From Vitrella brassicaformis CCMP3155 (lineage: Eukaryota; Protista; Chromerida): DNA of 61,309 nt. The notes under the pieces are model-generated. The model had not been told where the DNA came from. It was given only the letters and a program-made list of their open reading frames with translations, and searched no databases. Numbering within the stretch: the stretch's first letter is position 1; every line of letters begins with the position of its first letter. The stretch is from assembly GCA_001179505.1 (NCBI GenBank), contig CDMY01000513.1:1-61309 (forward strand), read 5' to 3'. The translations under genes and the position numbers were made by a program. Below, piece by piece: positions 51,479 through 61,309 of the stretch.

Positions 51479-53049
51479 CTAGTGGGTATACGGCATCTTA
51501 GACAAAGAGAGGAAAGCTTTGGCTTTCTCCCTGGCTGCCTTCTCTCTGGCTGCTGCCTGCCTGCATGTGGATGGAGAATGTGTCCCGAGAGAGGGGCAGC
51601 ATACATTCTTCCGTCTGGCTGGACGGCTGGTCGGTTTGTTTTCGCAGTTCAGACAAACAGACAGACAGAGAGGGTGGGCGGAGGGTGTGAATAGAGGAGA
51701 CGACTGATATACTATACGAGGGGCTGATGTGCAGATGGACGGCTGCGTGCTGTGTGAGTGTACACATAATGTTCATGTCGACGCTATGTGTGTGCTGGCT
51801 GGTTGCTATCTGCAAACACGAATGTATCCAAAATCGGTTGACGTGCATCATTGCTCAGGCGCTCTCAGTCCATCCACACACAAGCCGCCCATCCATCCAG
51901 CGTCTGCCATGTGGTGTCTGTGTGTGGGTCTGCGTCTGTATGTGTGTGTGTGTATGGGACACCACGGCGTGGTGGGCAGACGGACTTGAGATCATTGTTT
52001 CGGCTGTACTGCTATTTTCTGTTCATATCATTGTGACACCTCCCTGATGCGACCCCTCTCCGTGGTGTTGCGCTGGTGTGATACGTGCGGGACTCCTCAC
52101 TGAGCCGTGGGGGACGTTTGGTGGTGCGTCCCTCACTGCTCGCTGAAGCGGCCACCACGCATCGACGCAGACGCAGAGAGAAACCACACCAGTCACCCCA
52201 CAGCCGGACACACCATAACAAACGAACACATCCATCCATCCATCCACACGTCATGACGCCACAGGCCCTCCCTGGCTCCTCGCTGCCTGGCTGCTGGGAA
52301 TTCTGTTGCCTTGTGCTGTGGTGGTGTAGTGTGTGTTGTCAGCTGTGCAGTGAGTGTCGCCGAAAGGGGCAGAGTCACTCCTTTACCAGCCAGCCAGCAT
52401 AGGCAATAGGTAAAGGAGTGCATGACACGCAAGCAGTCAGTCCATGCACAGAAACATGGAAGTCGGTTATTGATCAGGTTGTGAAGTTCCCACCGCACAG
52501 TCACACACACACACACATGCACCCCAATGAGCCGCATGCACTGTTCCATTCATTCGCCCGTGTCTTGTGTGTCAGTCTGTGATCGGTTCGACGGCCACCG
52601 CACACAGAGAGCGATGATGGACACTCACTGTGTGAGGTGGCGATCGAGTCCATGACAGTCAGCGCACCAACACACGATGCACACCAAAACAAACCAACAC
52701 AGAGAACCAAACAGACCACCCCATCTCTCTCTCTCTCTCTCTGGCTCTCACACACGAGTACATGAAACCCATAGGAAGGATTGTAGTCTGTCTGTCTGTC
52801 TGTCTGATTGTGTGTCAGACAGACAGAAGCAGGCATGCGTACGTGTAGCGTAGCGTGTGGGTGTAGTGAGGTCAAGTCACATTCGCATATCAATCATTAC
52901 CCCCCGTCAGACAGCACAGCCGGAGGGGACGGCTGTCTGATTGGATTGCCATCCATATATGCGTCACCCCAATACACAGGCAGGCAAAACAACAAATACA
53001 GCTTCCCTCCGGTGGCTGGACATGGCCACGACCAGCCCACGCGCACCTC

Positions 53050-53163
53050 ATTGTGTGTGCAGGTACTTACGAATTGCATGGTATGGCATGGCGAGGGGGA
53101 AAAAGGCAAAACACGCCATTGCCATGCCATACCATGCAATTCGTAAGTACCTGCACACACAAT
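53050..53163. repeat. Perfect 43-bp inverted repeat with 28-nt spacer
   Basis: 53050-53092 (ATTGTGTGTGCAGGTACTTACGAATTGCATGGTATGGCATGGC) is the exact reverse complement of 53121-53163. Confidence 0.95.
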
Positions 53164-53736
53164 AAGCTGGCCTTCCTTGCTGCCTGCCGCAGTGAGTGTG
53201 TACTGTCTGTCCGACGCGCACAATCGAGCCATTGACTGGTCATCTCATCACACCAACACGGAAATGCCTCGCCTGTCTGCTTGCCTGCCTGCCTATCTGT
53301 CTGTCCATGTGGCCCGCTCGGCGATGCAATGCCCCTGTGCATGAGTGAGTGAGTGAGTGAGTTCACACCCCGTGTGTGTGCACGCACGTGTGGTGTGAAT
53401 TCGAGTGTCCATGCCGTTCCTAAGAAACCAAGGGCTGTGCGCCTCTCGAGGGGCTGGGCTGCATATACGTCTGTTCGCGAAGCAAGTATACGTGTGTGTG
53501 CTGGTAGGCAGTGGGAATATCCACACATTCACGCAGGGGATACGGTAGTTCAAGACACCCATCCATCATGCAATTGCAAACCAGGCGAACGGACGGGCAG
53601 CCATGAACAGACAGACAGACAGGCAGACAGACAGACAGACAGGCAGCCAGGCAGAGAAGATACATACAATCGGCCAGCCAGGCCCTTTCACACCAAAGGA
53701 TGGAGAATAAAGAGAGAGATACATCGTCAGTTGTCA

Positions 53737-53975
53737 GTCAAATGCGATTGACAGGCGGACTAATTGGTCTGCCATAAAAAACACACCACATGGCCATGCA
53801 TTCACGTCACACAGGATTTCATGAATGAAATGCACGCGATTTCTGTGCGTTTGTGCGCGTGTACGCACTCGAGAAAAACAGCCCACCCCCCACCCACCCC
53901 CGCACCACACCGTCTCAATCAATCAATCACGACATCGCAGCTCACTAACCCCTCCCCTCCCAATCAGCCAGCCAT
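53737..53975. repeat. Diverged direct repeat, copy A (copy B at 57179-57400)
   Basis: Collinear shared blocks GTCAA(A/G)TGCGATTGACAG, CCATAAA..ACACACCACA, TTGTGCGCGTGTACGCACTC (20/20), CACACCGTCT and CGCAGCTCACTAACCC. Confidence 0.85.
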
Positions 53976-54008
53976 GCACTGGACACATCAGGCACATACA
54001 GGCGCCCT

Positions 54009-56185
54009 TCATCTGCCACGTTTGGCGGTGAGCGAATTTCCCAACCATCTGCTCGTTTCGCCTGTGACGGTGAAGTCACTGCCGAGCCGGGTGCCCCCAG
54101 CGATGTGGTCACCCACATCTGCTGCGGCCGGCCATGTCGCATCTAGTTGCTGCAGCCCTCTCAGGCTCTGGCAGATCGCTGAGAGGCCCCAACGGATGTG
54201 ACTACCCGCATCCTCCACACCCTCAGGCACTGAAGGGACACCACAGGACACACGCAGCCAGGGATTCATCAAGTGAGGAGAGAAACACCTGCTCAAACCT
54301 TCATTCGGCTTACCAGTCAGGTTGAGTTCTACTTTGCCGATGGTTGGCAGTCTGGCGGCAGCATCCTGGTGATCCACCAGCAGCCTCAGATCTACGCCAT
54401 ACATCACCAACATCTCCACCTCTCTGTCCCTCCCCAACCCCTCCAGCAGATGAATGCTGTCCGCGAACGGCACACCATGGTCGACCACGAGCTTCTTGAC
54501 CTTCTTGGGCATCTTGGCCGCGAGCGAGCCTGCCGCCGTCACGCCTGCAGCCGCCCCCCCCGCAGCCGCCCGCACCCGTAGGGACTTGGCCTGTTCCAGC
54601 GGCTGCAACTCCGAGATGATGATATCGGGGCTGTCAGGAGGGATGGTGGAGGTGGGCCAGGCAACGACCTCCAGTTGGGTCGCCTTCTCGAAGGAGTGTC
54701 GGGGCTAAATCGATTGCCGCCTTCTTGGGTGGGAGGAGGGGGCCGTTGGGGAGAGTCACACGCAGAGTCTCCGCCTTGGTCGCCAGCTCCTGCACGGCCG
54801 TGATGAATCGGGGGGAGGGCTTGGTGGGGAAATGGTCGCTGTGGAGGGTGCCAAGGTCGATGGTGCCGTCCCCACACCCGGCAATCTCGACTGGCACGGC
54901 CGACGGTGCACAGCAGCTGGTGATGAACTGTTCGAGGGCGCACAGCCGGAGGAGCACGTCAGTCCCGTCGGCTGCAGGTGGGAGGGACACGTCAAGGCGC
55001 TTCAGGGACTTGTGGCAGCCATGCGCCGATAGAGCCTCCTGAGCATTCGTACAGGGATCAGTCATGCCAGCTTGGTGCCGTGATGTGTTGTGATGGATCA
55101 CCTGAAGCTGATCCAGACCCGGAGGGCTTGATATCTTGATATCGCCCATGCTCTCCAGCCGCGCGAGAGGCCCCTTCTGGCCAGGCCCTCCCACTGGCAT
55201 GCGCTCAAACACCGACGCCCACTGGCGATCCCAATAGCACCCACCGATGTGCTGCAGGCTCGTCGATGTCCTGACGAAGCCTCCCAGACTGTCAGTGCCC
55301 CACCCCTCCTGCCTCACTATCGCGAGCGACGGCATCCGCCACTCCCTGTCGGCCAGAGTGCTATGTTTCTTGCGGAGCCCAATCACAGAGGCGAGGGCGT
55401 CAAGGGTCGTGGGATGGGCGGCGGGTGGAGGTATGGACAGGGGGATACTGTACTGGCGCTGCAGGCGTCGCTGGACAGGCAGATCCAGCACGCTCTCCTC
55501 GAAGGCTATTGTCTGCAGAGTCCCTCCCTCCATGTTGTTGGCTCGCCGCTCCTCGACGTGGCCCTCGATGAATGCGATGAAGACATCGAAACATCACAGC
55601 GAGAGGTGCACGGGGTAGACGAACACGACAGACGTGAGCCGAGTGAGAGCGGTCGCCAGCCGGGTGACGAGGTCGAGGGGGATGCGCTGCCAGATGGGTC
55701 CCGCCTCGCTGTCCTTCGCACTGATGACCAGCCGCGTGTGGTCTGGCGCTGCGCGCTCCCAGATGTGCCGCGACAGCTGAACCAGCACGTGGAGGGGCAG
55801 AAACACCGCGATGCAGTCAAGGAGGCCAGGCTGCACACATCACACACAGATGGAGAGAGGATGGAGCAGAGACACGCCAATGGGTCAACCATTCACAGAG
55901 GCTGCGGCCGGTCGTGTCGAGGTCTCACCGTGTCTGTGATTGTGTCGACCAGTCCATTGTTGATGTGGCGACGCGGAGAACGTTCTGGTTGTGCTGATTC
56001 ATGGGCGGCTGCAGAAACTGACTCCGGTGCGGCTGGAAGAGAGCCGAGAAGATGGGCGGGCTGAGGCCTTCTCGGTCGAGCAATTGGCTTGGCGCTCGCC
56101 TGATGGAGGCACATGCAGACAAACAGCAACAGAACAAACATAACACACCTCACGATGCCATTTTCATGACCTGCCGCACCTTCAT
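54009..56185 (-). pseudogene. Disrupted F-box-like/LRR-like gene (in-frame TGA plus frameshift); 5' end uncertain
   Basis: PGLLDCIAVFLPLHVLVQLSRHIWE..VYPVHLSL*CFDVFIAFIEGHVEERR continues in frame through TGA at 55596-55594. The protein-like frame switches near 54695 (LAPTL / SFEKATQLEV). Confidence 0.7.
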
Positions 56186-56559
56186 GGTGCCACCCGATGC
56201 CGCCGGTTTCGTCAGCCCATCGATATCACCCAAACGCGACAGGGATCGTCGCTCTATGAAAACTCGTCACAGAACCCTGCTTGTGGTGGTTGACGTAACC
56301 CTTACCCCAAACCCGGCAGCCCCTCAACCCTAGCGGACGACAAATGGAGCAGCCGAAGAAGCAGCAGCAGCAGCAGCCGAAGGAATTTAAACCAGTGATG
56401 GGGCGGCCGCCTGTGACTCTGTTGGTCGACACTTAATTACTTGTGGGGGTCAAAAGAGATGGGCGAGCCGCAGAAGAGAGACCTCTCTCATATCCATCCA
56501 TCAAGAAAGGAGCAGGTCGGCCAGCGAGGTGTCCTGCTGGCCAGCGTGTGAACGCTCAC

Positions 56560-56875
56560 TCACTCACCCACCCATCGCATGGGCAAGACAGGCCATGGAT
56601 GTGCGGGTAAGAGAGCGAGAGTGCACACCCTGGCCAGCTGCACGTGTGCACACGAGGGTAGGTAGAACGAATTAAACACGCCGTCAAAAGGAGAAAAGCT
56701 GTGTTTCTCACAGAGTCTTTGTGGCAAAAGGGTCAGAACCAATCGAGTGGCCGCGCCCCGTATGGATAAATAAATGGACAGACAAATAGGCGACCTGATC
56801 ATACATGTGTGTGCGGGACGTCAGCCGATATGCACCATACATGTGTGTGCAAGGAAGGCGATGCTCAATGGGCTC

Positions 56876-56908
<33 letters not shown>

Positions 56909-58980
56909 ACGAGCCCATTCAGCATCGCCTTCCTTGCACACACGCAGGTACACAGTGAGATACAGCTAGCCAGTCAGTCAGTCGCCACGATGGACACATA
57001 ATGAATGCACTCATTGATCATTCACTGACATTTGAGTCATTGTGCAGTCAGTCATGTGTGTGTGAGTTGATAAATCGACAGACAGACACACACACAGACA
57101 GACAGGCGGCCAGGCCACACCACACCAGATCACACAAATACACACATACGACTGGATGGGATGAAAAGAATGGGCATTGTCAAGTGCGATTGACAGCCGA
57201 CCATAAACACACCACACCATGCGATGCGTTGCGTCCATGCACAATTTCATCAAGGCAGGTGAATTGTGCGCGTGTACGCACTCTCAAAAACTGCACGCTG
57301 AGACGGCCACGCCCCCACCCCCACCCACACCGTCTTAGTCACACACGACACTCTTCGCAGCTCACTAACCCACAGCTCCCGATCAGCAATCCACACACAC
57401 GGACAACAGACACCCAGCCAGCCAGCCAGCCAGCACCGTAGTCGTCCATCCATCCATCCATTCATCCATCCACACAGAGCTGAGGAAACCGTGTCCGCTC
57501 TCTGTGTTTGGGTGAGCTGTGTGACCTTCTTACGCGTGAGTGAGTGATGGATTGTCTGTCTGCCGTCTTGCCTTGCGTACGCGTAAAAAGTCACGCCGCA
57601 CACAAAACACTCACTCACGCACGCAGGCAGGCAGGCAGGCGAAGAGAGGCAGCCACACAGACCAGGCAGAAGAGATGCAGGGACAATTGCTGGGAGAAAA
57701 GGCCTGCCTCGTTCTCTCTGTGTAGTATTACTGCAGAGTGTATTAGAAGTTTTGCGTGTGTTTATCGAGGAGGCCAAGGCAGCTCTCTCTCCCTCCATGG
57801 ACACAGACACTTGCCTCCTTTGTGTGTGAGGCAGTATCAGCGTCACTGGAGAAGAGAAGAGCTGCCTTGGCTGGCCATACAGTACACACATCCAACACAA
57901 CACAACATGCCACAACACAACACAGCACAGCACGCCACGCCACACACATGTGAAGCATCGAGTGTGCATGAGCACGTGCCACACACTCGGCGACGGGGTG
58001 TGGCACGTGCTCATACACTCGATGCTTTACATGTGTGTGGCGTGGCCAGACAGACAGACAGACAGACGGACGGACACAACAACATACAGCGAAGCCCACT
58101 GACTAAGCCCTCCCCAATCAATCGCTCAGCCATTCTCAAGTCAACACACACACACACACACACGTGTCCATCCATCCGTCAACGCCCATTTTCTCTGCTG
58201 TGTTTTGGTGTGCGAGTACTCCTCTCTGTGTTGTGTGTATGTCGGTCTACAGAAAGACCGATGCTCGTAGCAAGGCATGCATGTGTATGTGTGGGATGGG
58301 CTCTCTCACGAATGTCAGGTGAGATCGATTATATACGTCATAATCGAGATGACATTACATTCGTACGAGAGCCCACCCCACACATACACATGCACACACA
58401 GCCAGTCCATGACAAAGGCAGCCAAACCAGACGAGCAAACGGATGGATGGAAGGCAGGCAAATCGCCTTAGCACATGGAGCATTCACCCAGCAATCGGCC
58501 ATCAGCAGGCAGGCAGGCAGGCAGACGGGAAGACAGGCAGACAGAGGCATGTGTTGTACACCATCCAAGCAATGCTGACCGAACTCATGATAGGCAGGCA
58601 GACGGGTACGTATGTATGTATGTATGTACGTACATAGCAGGCACCGACGGGCGAACACCAACATCCATTAGCACACCACACGCGTGACGCACCAACGGCG
58701 TGCAAACAGACACACAGACAGACAGACAGACAGACACACAGACACACAGACAGACAGACAGGCACCCGCATGTGTGCAACACCACACCACAGCGTGCCGC
58801 ACCCATCCATCCAGGCATGCAGGCAGGCAGGGTCGGGATGGATGTATGGATGCGTGGGCCAACGCTCGCAAACTATCAGTCAGGCAACCAGCAATCTGCA
58901 GCCAACACCGCACACACAGAGGAGCACCATATCAATCAGTGTCGCCGCCCATTCGTGTGCCGTGTGTCAGTCACCCTACA
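56560..58980. repeat. Second simple-repeat-rich non-coding tract ((CCAG)n, (CAGA)n, (CAGG)n, (CA)n, (TATG)n)
   Basis: Dense microsatellites. The ORFs here are repeat translations. Confidence 0.7.
57179..57400. repeat. Diverged direct repeat, copy B
   Basis: Same blocks and order as copy A at 53737-53975. Confidence 0.85.
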
Positions 58981-59027
58981 CCCCTCCCGCCCCGCACCTG
59001 TTGAGTGTGTGTGGGGTTTTTTGTATC

Positions 59028-60027
59028 TTAGCTCTCCTTCTCCTCCTCAGACGCCACGACACCCTCCGCCTCGCTCTCCCCGTCATCTTCCTCGTCGTAG
59101 TAGTAGACATCCTCCCACTCCTTCTCCGGCACACCAACACCGCCGGCAGCACCACACGCATCCGCCGTCGAGGGCTCTGTGATGGTGATCGTGAGCATGT
59201 AGCCGTCGGCATAGAGGTCCTCGACTTTGGCGATGTTGGTGTCCTGGTACCCGGTGTCGGGGAGATGAATGCACGGGCGGTCGTCCCGTTCTCAACCGAG
59301 ATGGAGAAGGACAGGGGGAAGTCGATGGTGTTGTGGGGCGCGAACGGGAAGGGCGGGAGGAGTCGCGACACGTTGAACGCCTTCGTACGGCCTTGACGGG
59401 TGATGCTACAGAAGGAGATACATAGCACATCCACAGCAGGCTCTTGTGCGGGAACGGGTGCAGTGTGCGCCTTGCTTGTCTCACCGCATGTGTGCCTGAG
59501 CATTCTGATGTGTGAAATTCTCGACGTGGATGTGTCCGGCGTCCTGCACACACACCAGCCCGACAGCCAGAACCACAAGAGACACACAAACATGAGCCAC
59601 CCATGAGCCCATAACACCCATGTAGCTGCCTCTCGTACCTCTTGCTCCAACAGAATGGCACCCATCGCCAGCTGTTCCTCTGGGAAGCGTACGACCCCGT
59701 CGCCAACATCCAGTCCCTTCAGTCCATCCTCCAACTTGTACTGCGCCACTCCTGTGAGTTGTCACTTTGTGCTCGTTGCCTGCAGGAGCTTCCTTCTCTC
59801 TGCCTTACCTTGTCACACTCGTCGTCAGCCGGGAGAGAGGTCCTGAAGAGGTAGGGAGAGCGGCGGCGCTTCTGCACTCTGGTATCCATCGCTGCCGAGG
59901 GGACACACACATTGCAGCGCTGCAGGGAAAGGAAGGGCAATACAAAAAGGTGAAATCAGTACGACACGCAGAAGAGAGGGAAGAACAGCACACTCCTGTA
60001 CTCACCTGATGGACACAGAGTTGCCAT
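59028..60027 (-). pseudogene. Frameshifted hypothetical gene with acidic C-terminus
   Basis: Exons VAQYKLEDGLKGLDVGDG.. / DAGHIHVENFTHQNAQAHM / ITRQGRTKAFNV..SISVENGTTARAF, then a frame switch near 59268 to HLPDTGYQDTNIAKVEDLYADGYMLTITITE..EEEKES*. The start (MATLCPSG, 60027) is tentative. Confidence 0.55.
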
Positions 60028-60949
60028 AGGCAGTCGTCGCCAGCCGCTCCGCAGAACAGGTCGCCCCCTGCCGTGCCACGGAGGTTGATCAAGGAAGTGG
60101 CGGGCGGCCCCCGGGCAAAAGGGGAGGCATGGGAGGGGGCGGGGCGGACCACAGAAACCAACAACCTGCTCAAACGGGAAAGAAACGGAGGAGATGTGGA
60201 TGATCAAAGGCTGGAGAGCACGACGGCTACGAACCGCGGGAACGGTGAGAAAAAGAAAAAAGACAAAAAAGAAAAAAGACGGAACCGCGTCTCGCAGCAG
60301 CGGTTTCAGGGAGCACCCGAGGCGGCCTGGCGGCCAAGTCCCCTGTTGGTCTGTCCAACATGAAAACACGCACCCTAACATGCAACCCGGACACGCAACA
60401 CGCAGCACGCAGAGGGCAGATGCAGCAAACAGGAGGATATGCAATGCGCTGCGAACGACGGCAACATACAGGCAGGCAGGCACACAACGTCGCACACACG
60501 CCACCGCAGCAGCAGCTTGAAGGCGGCGTGCATGCGTGCATCCTGCACCATGACTCCATACGTAGATACCGCCCATCCCCAGGTGGCCAGCCAGTGCAGA
60601 TCGCCCAGTCACACACAAACACGCCCTTACAACAACCACGCACGGAGTGCTGGGGGTGTATTGAGAGCGCGCCGCCGCCCCACTCTCCATGGCGGAGAGG
60701 GGCGGCAGGCGGCCGACCCGTAGACCCCCCCAGTGCACGCCCATACACATCTCGAATCTCGGCGGGGGGAAAGGGTACTGTGAAACCTGAACCTGACTCA
60801 AGCTGCAACCATCCCGCTTCGCTTTTCTCCTGGTTTCTCGTGGTTTCTTGGCGGCACGGCTTTCCTCCTGCTGTTGTTTGGCTTCTCTCATTGCTCATAC
60901 TGTTGATCTGCAAGTACACACCTCTGGGGCGACTCGTGGATCACGGATG

Positions 60950-61309
60950 TCACAGCTGTGGCATCGTATAAGTTGGAGGATGGACCGAAGGGACTGCATC
61001 CTCCAACTCGTACTGCGCCACTCCTGTGAGATTGGTGATACAGATGTTGGTCCTTGTGGACCAGACGTCGCCCCTCCCGACTCGATGTTGGCGACGGGGT
61101 CGTACGCTTCCCAGCGGAACAGCTGGCGATGGGTGCCATTCTGTTGGAGCAAGAGGTACGAGAGGCAGCTACATGGGTGTTATGGGCTCATGGGTGGCTC
61201 ATGTTTGTGTGTCTCTTGTGGTTCTGGCTGTCGGGCTGGTGTGTGTGCAGGACGCCGGACACATCCACGTCGAGAATTTCACACATCAGAATGCTCAGGC
61301 ACACATGCG
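60950..61309 (+). repeat. Inverted paralogous copy of 59485-59758, truncated by the window edge
   Basis: 61084-61309 equals the reverse complement of 59485-59710, intron included, with one mismatch seen (GAG/GCG). 60950-60996 is a more diverged match and is followed by an 87-bp insertion. Confidence 0.93.

Larger units (their letters stand above)
51479..53980. repeat. Simple-repeat-rich non-coding tract ((CA)n, (CAGA)n, (TCCA)n, (GAGT)n, (CT)n)
   Basis: Dense microsatellites, with no protein-like exon chain found on either strand. Confidence 0.7.

Noticed and set aside
55594-55596. Alternative genetic code (UGA=Trp)
   Set aside because: Neighbouring well-supported genes (ETFB, RIB43A, CEPT, POP) terminate at TGA and use TGG for Trp.
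57001-59200. Many 100-340-aa ORFs rich in C/V/H/T/Q/D
   Set aside because: Translations of microsatellites on both strands, with no exon chain or domain.
59956-60971. Overlapping 311-aa (-) and 203-aa (+) ORFs in the spacer of the inverted duplication
   Set aside because: GC-rich and stop-poor with no recognisable motif. Only small parts may be upstream exons of the two paralogues.
1-61309. CRISPR array, rRNA, transposase or reverse transcriptase
   Set aside because: No repeat-spacer periodicity, rRNA signature, or DDE, YxDD or gag motifs were seen in any frame.

Overview
Gene-dense, intron-rich, GC-rich eukaryotic nuclear DNA, not a prokaryotic locus. Short GT-AG introns loaded with (GT)n/(GGAT)n/(GTCT)n microsatellites, bipartite plastid-targeting leaders, flagellar genes and divergent F-box-like genes point to a chromerid alveolate, most likely Vitrella brassicaformis (inference from style, no search run). 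Most ORFs in the supplied track are intron read-through or antisense artefacts, so I rebuilt gene models by hand from splice signals and motifs. Bases 1-51 kb hold about 19 genes in almost strictly alternating orientation: prolyl oligopeptidase with a signal peptide, choline/ethanolamine phosphotransferase, a 7.3-kb LRR/coiled-coil/RING E3-like gene, a myristoylated PTB-like protein, two plastid proteins (At1g16080-like, YLMG2-like), Nup160-like, YIF1, a PAM2/SAM-like protein, intronless SPT3-like, ETF-beta, EFCAB10-like, NSE4-like, RIB43A, an LCL3-type nuclease with an apparent plastid leader, and an F-box-like gene. Bases 51-61 kb are repeat-rich and decaying: a perfect 43-bp hairpin, a diverged direct repeat flanking a pseudogene, a second frameshifted gene and its near-identical inverted copy, which carries an insertion that may create a new intron. 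There are two 300-N gaps. I found no CRISPR array, rRNA, tRNA, transposase or reverse transcriptase, and no clear multi-gene novel system. The best leads are single-gene oddities and the locus architecture.
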